A stretch of 64,000 nt of DNA, from NCBI GenBank assembly GCA_038882975.1, contig JAVZNE010000001.1:256001-320000 (forward strand), read 5' to 3'. Position numbers and translations under genes: made by a program. Shown piece by piece: positions 57,991 to 64,000 of the stretch. Below the pieces are notes generated by a model. That model made no database searches. It was not told the DNA's origin and worked only from the letters and a program-made list of their open reading frames with translations. This DNA comes from Candidatus Bathyarchaeia archaeon (GTDB lineage Archaea > Thermoproteota > Bathyarchaeia > Bathyarchaeales > Bathycorpusculaceae). Position 1 is the stretch's first letter, and the number at the start of each line of letters is the position of its first letter.

Positions 57991-58713
57991 TTGATGTGCA
58001 TGCCATTGCTACAGAAGATAACGACAAGCTGCAAAGTGCTTGACGAAGCCCTCGAAGGCGGCTTTCCCATAGGTGAGATCAGCCTAATATATGGAGAAGC
58101 GGAAACAGCAAAAACAACTTTGGCAATTCAATGTGCAGTGAGCTGCGCTAAACAAGGGTACAAAACATTTTTTGTCGACTGTGATGGCACATTCTCCGCC
58201 AGAAGACTTTCACAAATAGCATCCGGAGACGCTGAAAAAGTGGCGGAGCTCATAATTCTCGCAAGACCTAAAAGCTTTAAGGAACAAGCACTTGTCATAG
58301 ACCAGCTAGCCAACTATATAACCAAAGGCTTCGGTCTTGTTGTCATAGACACCGCAACCTTCTTGTACCGAATGGAAGTGGCGGAAAATCCGGAAAAAAC
58401 ATTTGAGCTTAACCGTGAATTAAATAGGCAGATGGCTTTATTGGCACAAACTGCAAAAACGCAGAAAGTAGCGGTTCTAGTCCTAAGCCAAGTTAGAAGC
58501 GTTTTTGATGAAGCCTATGTGGATGTTGAACCCGTCGCCACAAGAGTGCTAAAGTTTTGGGCAAACACAATAATTGCAATGAAGCCAACAGAAAATCCAA
58601 AGGTTGTTAGGATAACCATAGAGAAAAAGGGAAAAATGACTGAACTATTCTCATGTTGCTTAAAAATAAGTGAAAAGGGGCTGTGTGAGCTTCCCCAACA
58701 GCATGAAGGTTAA
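57991..58713 (+). CDS. radB: DNA repair and recombination protein RadB
   Basis: RecA-like core without the RadA N-terminal domain; variant Walker A GEAETAKT, VVID, SQV. Confidence 0.8.
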   Translation: MMCMPLLQKITTSCKVLDEALEGGFPIGEISLIYGEAETAKTTLAIQCAVSCAKQGYKTFFVDCDGTFSARRLSQIASGDAEKVAELIILARPKSFKEQALVIDQLANYITKGFGLVVIDTATFLYRMEVAENPEKTFELNRELNRQMALLAQTAKTQKVAVLVLSQVRSVFDEAYVDVEPVATRVLKFWANTIIAMKPTENPKVVRITIEKKGKMTELFSCCLKISEKGLCELPQQHEG

Positions 58714-58716
58714 AAG

Positions 58717-59223
58717 ATGAGCGCAATAGCAGAGCTGTTTGCCGAAGCCATAAAATTCATATTTCCAGCCTACTGCGCCAACGCCATTCCAGTGCTAGCT
58801 GGCGGAGGCTTGCCCATCGACCTTGGAAGAAAATTTTTCGATGGAAAACCGATCTTCGGGAAAAACAAAACTTTCAGAGGCTTCATCTCTGGACTAATTA
58901 TTGGAACGGCTGTTGGCTTCGCAGAAGCAGCAGTTTTCCAAGAATACAACAGCATAGGTTATTTTGGTTTCCTACTTTCACTGGGCGCCTTACTCGGCGA
59001 TTTAGCAGGAGCCTTCATAAAAAGGAGATTAGGGATACCGCCGGGCGGACTTCTGCCAATAGTGGACCAAGTGGACTTTGTAGTGGGGGCTTTAATATTC
59101 GCTTTTCCGTTAAGGGTGTTATCCCTTGAGCTTATGTTGGCTGTACTTATTATAACGCCGCCACTGCACATGGCAACAAACTTTGCAGCCTACAAGCTTG
59201 GATTGAAAAGTAGCCCATGGTGA
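58717..59223 (+). CDS. carS: CDP-archaeol synthase
   Basis: PAYCAN, PID.G...DG, GKNKTFRG, GDL..AFIKRR, DQVDF. Confidence 0.93.
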   Translation: MSAIAELFAEAIKFIFPAYCANAIPVLAGGGLPIDLGRKFFDGKPIFGKNKTFRGFISGLIIGTAVGFAEAAVFQEYNSIGYFGFLLSLGALLGDLAGAFIKRRLGIPPGGLLPIVDQVDFVVGALIFAFPLRVLSLELMLAVLIITPPLHMATNFAAYKLGLKSSPW

Positions 59224-59230
59224 AAGGTGG

Positions 59231-59665
59231 CTATACGCCCTTCCAGTAGTGCAGCACAGCCTCTAACGAAATGTACGCCATAAATAATAGGATGGCGCCT
59301 ATCATAAACGTCAAATAGGCTTGTCTCGGCTTGTAGGCATACTTTGTGCTTTGGTAAATGAACAAGGCTCCGGCAACACCCATGGCGAACAGAATCATTG
59401 CTATGAGGCTGTCTGAAATCCACTGCTCAGACAACTGCGGATAAACGAAGAGGAAACGTCCGCCATAATAGACAGCTGGTAAGGGTTTCACAATAATTAG
59501 GTGCAATCCACCCCCGTATAGAAAAATGGCTACAGCCATGGCGATTACTGCAAGGGCGAAGGGTGAAGGCTTAGCTGAGGATATCTTTGTATAAAGCTTC
59601 TGCAAGGAATAAGAAAGCGAAACTGCTGTTTTTCTGGCTTTACGTGCCACCTTTTTCCTCTCCAA
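59231..59665 (-). CDS. OST3/OST6-family (OSTC/DC2-like) oligosaccharyltransferase accessory subunit
   Basis: Three TMs; FLYGGG...IIVKP, LSEQWISDSL...LF.MG..G, MIG...L resemble eukaryotic OSTC. Confidence 0.65.
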   Translation of the reverse strand: MERKKVARKARKTAVSLSYSLQKLYTKISSAKPSPFALAVIAMAVAIFLYGGGLHLIIVKPLPAVYYGGRFLFVYPQLSEQWISDSLIAMILFAMGVAGALFIYQSTKYAYKPRQAYLTFMIGAILLFMAYISLEAVLHYWKGV

Positions 59666-59867
59666 TTTTTATTAGGTGTTCTGCCACCTCTTTAGCCCAT
59701 TCGCCAGTAAATGGATTCTTAACAATCTCACTTAAATACTCTTTCCAGGAAATCTCTAAGGCTTTCTTCCAAACATCATACTTCTTCACAATACTCTGGT
59801 AAGCTCTGGCGTGGAGTTCGCAATATCCATTTTCAACGGCTTCTCTACTGCATATTACGCATTTCAA
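59640..59867 (-). CDS. Small Cys/His zinc-binding protein downstream of topA
   Basis: CxxC-x8-CxxH followed by a helical W..Y...TGEW region; overlaps the topA stop. Confidence 0.7.
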   Translation of the reverse strand: MKCVICSREAVENGYCELHARAYQSIVKKYDVWKKALEISWKEYLSEIVKNPFTGEWAKEVAEHLIKIGEEKGGT

Positions 59868-61956
59868 CCGCTCTCCTCTCCTCTTTCAATGGGCATTTTG
59901 GATTAAAACATAAGTTCCATGGGCGCCTACCCTTAATACGAACTTGAACTGTTGGCCAACCGCATCCGCGGCAGTTTCTTCCAAGGGGGCGAACAGTTCC
60001 CCTCTGTGGAAGTGGAAAGGCGGCGTTACACTGCCTCTTAAAGAAATTTATGCATCCAATGAAGCGCTTTCCAGTTTTCCTCGAATAAAGTATCATAAGC
60101 ATGCCGGACCCACAAAGTGGGCATGGCCCCACAATTCTCTCTTCAAGCCTCGCCCTCTTTATCGCGTTGCTCAACTGTTCGCCTATGGTTTTCTCCTTAG
60201 CCTTAAGCCCTTCAACGACAGGCTTTAGAATCTCAATGGCGTCCAATAGGACGTTTTCGCGTTTCTCCTCGCTGGCTTGAATCTTGTCCATCCTCTCTTC
60301 AAGCTTTCTCGTCAGCTCGATTGAAACAATCGGTGGACAGTGCCTTTTGAGGACTTCGAGAACCTCAAAGCCTAAATCCGTCACAACCATCCTTTCGTCT
60401 CGGACGTATTTTCGGTCATATAGGGTTTGTATTATGTCCGCGCGGGTTGCCTTCGTCCCAATGCCTGCCTCCTCCATCCTTTTGAGCAAACTGCCGGGAT
60501 TGTACCGTGGAGGCGGCTTCGTGAACTTGTCTTCTAATATAATCCTTCTAACCTTAAGTTTTTGTCCCTCTTCCAGTGGCGGCAAAAGGACCTCCTCGGA
60601 CCTTACATATGGCTCGTAGAAGCGCAGCCAGCCTTCTTTCAATGTCTGTCTACCACGCAAGAAGAACCTTTGCCCGTCAATGCTTATGCAAACTTTGAGG
60701 CTTTGCCTTATGGCCGGCTCTCCAAAAACAGCCATAAACCGTCTAACAACAAGGTCCCATATTCGCCTTTCAGGTTCTTCAAGCACTCTTTCGGGAAGGT
60801 TTCCAGTGGGGTATATGGCTGGGTGTGCTGGATCCTCTTTTTTCCCCTCGTTGGGTTTAAGCTCCTTTTTGGCTAGGAGTTCTGCCGCAAGCTTTCTGTA
60901 TTCGGGAACTCCGCTTAGGCTTTTGAGTATTGCCTCATAATTTATTGCTGGTGGGAGTTTTTGGCTGCTTGTTCTGGGATATGATATTAAGGCGTCCAAA
61001 TACAAGCGTTGGGCGATGTCTAAAGTTCTTCGAGGCGTGTAGCCAAATAGGCTGTAGGCTTCGCTTTGCAATGCACCAATGTCAAAGGGCGTTGGCGGCA
61101 TCTGCTGAAACTGTTTAACCTCAATTTTTTCAACTACGCCGTCTTTCCCTTTACAAGCGTCTACTACCGCGTTAGCCTCTTTTTTAGTTTCAATTATTTC
61201 CTTCTCATGTTCAGCCTCGAAAATCTGCCCGTCTATTTCAATTTCAGCCCTAATCTGCCAGTAAGGCGTAGGCACAAAACTTCTTATCGCTTTTTCTCTG
61301 GCAACAAGAAACCTTAAGGTTGGCCCCTGCACCCTTCCAGTGCTTAGCGTGGCGTATTTTCCGCTCCAATCTTTTGCGGCTATCGTTAAAGCTCTGGAAA
61401 GGTTGACGCCGTAAAGCCAGTCAATTTCATGTCTTGTTCTTCCAGCCTCTATGAGGGCGAAGTCAAGCTTGGGCAACAGCTCCGCATAGGATTTTTCCAG
61501 CTCCTCCTTGGTCAGCGTAGAGTACTTCATTCTTTTTGCAATGCCTTCCTTGTTGCCGCATGCGTACTTCAGTATGCAGTAGCCGATTATGCTCCCCTCA
61601 ATGTCGTAGTCGCATGCATCAATGTATGTGTCAGCATCCTTGGCAAGCTTAGAGATTGTTTCAAGCCAAACACGGATTTGTTTTGCACCCCTCTCCGCCA
61701 TGTAACGAGGAACCCATCGAAAACTGAAAACCGGATAATAATTTCTCCCGCTTCTCTCCTCTGCAACGGTATACAAGTGCCCAATAGCCGGAACAACAAT
61801 TATCTGCTTATCCCTCTCGGCTATGTAGTAGGGAACCCCATTCTCCTCCATTTTCTTGGGTTTACCCTTCAAGTCAAGAGCTGAAGCTATCCTCTGAGCG
61901 GCGTCCGGCTTCTCCGTAATAATGAATGCGTATTTTCCCATGCCAGCACATACCAT
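59845..61956 (-). CDS. topA: DNA topoisomerase I (type IA)
   Basis: ITEKP, DYDIEG, STGRVQ, ISYPRT, AHPAIYPT, GIGTKATR, C-terminal zinc ribbons. Confidence 0.97.
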   Translation of the reverse strand: MVCAGMGKYAFIITEKPDAAQRIASALDLKGKPKKMEENGVPYYIAERDKQIIVVPAIGHLYTVAEERSGRNYYPVFSFRWVPRYMAERGAKQIRVWLETISKLAKDADTYIDACDYDIEGSIIGYCILKYACGNKEGIAKRMKYSTLTKEELEKSYAELLPKLDFALIEAGRTRHEIDWLYGVNLSRALTIAAKDWSGKYATLSTGRVQGPTLRFLVAREKAIRSFVPTPYWQIRAEIEIDGQIFEAEHEKEIIETKKEANAVVDACKGKDGVVEKIEVKQFQQMPPTPFDIGALQSEAYSLFGYTPRRTLDIAQRLYLDALISYPRTSSQKLPPAINYEAILKSLSGVPEYRKLAAELLAKKELKPNEGKKEDPAHPAIYPTGNLPERVLEEPERRIWDLVVRRFMAVFGEPAIRQSLKVCISIDGQRFFLRGRQTLKEGWLRFYEPYVRSEEVLLPPLEEGQKLKVRRIILEDKFTKPPPRYNPGSLLKRMEEAGIGTKATRADIIQTLYDRKYVRDERMVVTDLGFEVLEVLKRHCPPIVSIELTRKLEERMDKIQASEEKRENVLLDAIEILKPVVEGLKAKEKTIGEQLSNAIKRARLEERIVGPCPLCGSGMLMILYSRKTGKRFIGCINFFKRQCNAAFPLPQRGTVRPLGRNCRGCGWPTVQVRIKGRRPWNLCFNPKCPLKEERRAVEMRNMQ

Positions 61957-62100
61957 GCCTTAGGATGTTGAATGCTTCAAAGATAAACCTTCGTCAAAAT
62001 TAAAAGTTTCTATCATCCGGCGCTAGTTCAAGGTGTTAAAGTTCAGCAACCGATAAATATGGCGTAGGCATTACACCCATTTTGTTAAGGAGATGAGGAC

Positions 62101-62265
62101 TTGCCTCAAAGGGTTGTATGCCACCAGTGTGGCTACGTCTTATATGAGGGAAGCGAACTTAAGCCTCCGGACGAGATTTTACACAAACATAATGGAAAAT
62201 GCCCCCAATGCGGCAGAAAACTCGCCATTATACCATTAAACGTTGAAGTAAAACCCATAAAATAA
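62101..62265 (+). CDS. Small zinc-ribbon protein, 54 aa (not in the ORF track)
   Basis: TTG start after a GGAGATGAGG SD-like sequence; MPQRVVCHQCGYVLY...GKCPQCGRKL...VKPIK*. Confidence 0.75.
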   Translation: MPQRVVCHQCGYVLYEGSELKPPDEILHKHNGKCPQCGRKLAIIPLNVEVKPIK

Positions 62266-62292
62266 CACCGTCCATTTAAGGAGGACCCAAAA

Positions 62293-63426
62293 GTGCGGAA
62301 AACACAGCTCTACGAAATACATAAGAAAACAGCGAAAATGACCGAGTTCGCCGAATTCGAAATGCCCCTATGGTATAAGGGGATAACGGAAGAGCATTTA
62401 TCAGTGCGAAATAGCGTTGGCGTTTTCGATGTTTCTCACATGGGGAGGGTGATTATAACCGGAAAGGATGCCGTAAGTTTCCTAAATTATGTTATAACCA
62501 ACGACGTGACAGCGTTAACGCCAAACAGCGCCCTCTATTCAGTTATGTGCAACGAAAACGGCGGAATAATCGACGACTTCGTGGTAAGCCGCATCGAAGA
62601 GGAAAAGTTTCTGCTGGTCCCAAACGCCACAAACAGAGAAAAAGACTTCAACTGGCTAATTAAAAACGCTGAAGGATTCAACGTTAAAATCGAAGACGTT
62701 TCAGACAAAGCGGCAATGTTCGCCGTTCAAGGACCAAACGCTGAAAAAACCCTACAGAAAATCTGCACAGCAGATTTAAGCAAAATTGAAAGATTCAAAT
62801 GCACAACAGCCAAGTTAGCAGGTGCAGATGTCTTCCTATCTAGGACTGGTTACACGGGCGAGGACGGCTTTGAAGTTTATGTGTGGAACGCGCCACTAGA
62901 TAAGCCAGAAAACGCCGTAAAAGTGTGGAACGCCATTCTAGAGGCTGGTAAACCCTTCGGAATAGAACCTTGTGGCTTAGGTGCAAGAGACACGTTAAGG
63001 CTTGAAGCTGGACTATGCCTATACGGAAATGACATAAACGAAAACACGACGCCATTAGAGGCTAGACTAGGCTTCGTGGTAAAATTCCAAAAAGACAACT
63101 TCATAGGAAAAAACGCCCTTTTAAAACAAAAAGAAGAAGGAGTTAAGCAAAGACGAGTCGGACTGCAAATGATTGGACAAGGCATACCAAGAAGAGGCTT
63201 CAAAATATACAACGAAAAAGGCGAAAACATAGGACAAGTAACCAGCGGAACCTTCTCGCCGCTGCTCAAATGCGGCATAGCAATGGCCTACATACAGACA
63301 CAACAAGCCCAAGAAGGGAGCATTGTGAACATTGAAATCCGCGGAAAAATAGCAGAGGCAAAGATTGTTCCATTCCCCTTCTACGATGCTGAAAAATATG
63401 GATACAAGAGAAAGATAACCACATAA
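62293..63426 (+). CDS. gcvT: Glycine cleavage system T protein (aminomethyltransferase)
   Basis: FDVSHMG, RTGYTGEDGFE, GLGARDTLRLEAG. Confidence 0.96.
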   Translation: MRKTQLYEIHKKTAKMTEFAEFEMPLWYKGITEEHLSVRNSVGVFDVSHMGRVIITGKDAVSFLNYVITNDVTALTPNSALYSVMCNENGGIIDDFVVSRIEEEKFLLVPNATNREKDFNWLIKNAEGFNVKIEDVSDKAAMFAVQGPNAEKTLQKICTADLSKIERFKCTTAKLAGADVFLSRTGYTGEDGFEVYVWNAPLDKPENAVKVWNAILEAGKPFGIEPCGLGARDTLRLEAGLCLYGNDINENTTPLEARLGFVVKFQKDNFIGKNALLKQKEEGVKQRRVGLQMIGQGIPRRGFKIYNEKGENIGQVTSGTFSPLLKCGIAMAYIQTQQAQEGSIVNIEIRGKIAEAKIVPFPFYDAEKYGYKRKITT

Positions 63427-63495
63427 AACTATTTAACCAACCGTAAGGAAAATAAAACACCTTCATAACCTTTATTGAAGAGCTGGAGCTTGCAA

Positions 63496-64000
63496 ATGGA
63501 AACAAAAAGTCTATCAAAAAAGGAAAAAATAACCAATGCCATCAAAAGTCTTGGAAAACTCCGTCCAAAAATAGACCACACATCAATAATGACCATGGCG
63601 GCTTTAACGCTTATACTTTTTATAGCCTTTACAATACGACTTTTTCCAATACGATGGGAAATAGACCCAACGACCGGCAAATCAAACCTTCTACTATCAG
63701 AGTTTGACCCATACTTCCAATACCGTTTCACAGAAAAAATAGTTAAAGATGGCTTTATCTCATGGGCTATAGAAAACGGAGGAGTGGGATGGATTGACCG
63801 GCAAAGATGGTATCCTCAAGGTTTCTATGTAGCTAAGTCCGCTTTTCCAGGGCTTCCAATGACCGCAGCCTTCCTCTACAAAATAGTTTCAATGCTCGGT
63901 GTAGGCATAGACCTCATGAGCTTCTGCGCCCTATTTCCAGCCATTATGGGAGCACTGGCATGTCTCGCCTTGTACTTCCTTGGAAAGGACATGGGCGGCA
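63496..64000 (+). CDS. aglB: Oligosaccharyltransferase AglB/STT3, 5' part (runs off the window)
   Basis: Manual translation from ATG at 63496: ...AFTIRLFPIRW...LSEFDPYFQYR...WYPQG...FPGL...; open to the window end. Confidence 0.88.
   Translation, partial: METKSLSKKEKITNAIKSLGKLRPKIDHTSIMTMAALTLILFIAFTIRLFPIRWEIDPTTGKSNLLLSEFDPYFQYRFTEKIVKDGFISWAIENGGVGWIDRQRWYPQGFYVAKSAFPGLPMTAAFLYKIVSMLGVGIDLMSFCALFPAIMGALACLALYFLGKDMGG

Noticed and set aside
1-64000. The many 60-170 aa ORFs nested in or antisense to core genes; IS elements; inteins; rRNA
   Set aside because: The nested ORFs lack motifs and overlap well-supported genes. No transposase, terminal inverted repeats, intein-sized insertions or rRNA sequence were recognised.

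Overview
Archaeal chromosomal segment, most consistent with Bathyarchaeia (inferred from the archaeal information genes, a dockerin-tailed substrate-binding protein and the integrase type). Most of the window is housekeeping: rps13-rps4-rps11, alaS, tiaS, aIF5B, topo VI, topA, ABCE1, two thermosome subunits, tRNA/rRNA modification enzymes, a 2-oxoacid dehydrogenase E1/E2 cluster, a partial histidine utilisation operon, gcvT and the start of aglB. Two accessory zones stand out. The first (about 5.8-10.5 kb) has a tRNA 3'-end att relic, a decayed tyrosine integrase, a dispersed CCCTCTCTAG-motif repeat and a pilin / coiled-coil / two-roadblock / two-wHTH module. The second (about 32.2-35.4 kb) has an AT-rich two-gene PD-(D/E)xK candidate defence cassette, an orphan HicB and a stand-alone STT3 C-terminal domain. 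Manual reading found features missing from the ORF track: a 24-aa (E4W)4 acidic micropeptide, a box C/D sRNA candidate, three small proteins, and two genes that appear to start at ACG. An OSTC/DC2-like and a PAC4/LpdD-like protein are also present. All family assignments come from motif recognition by eye; no database searches were run.
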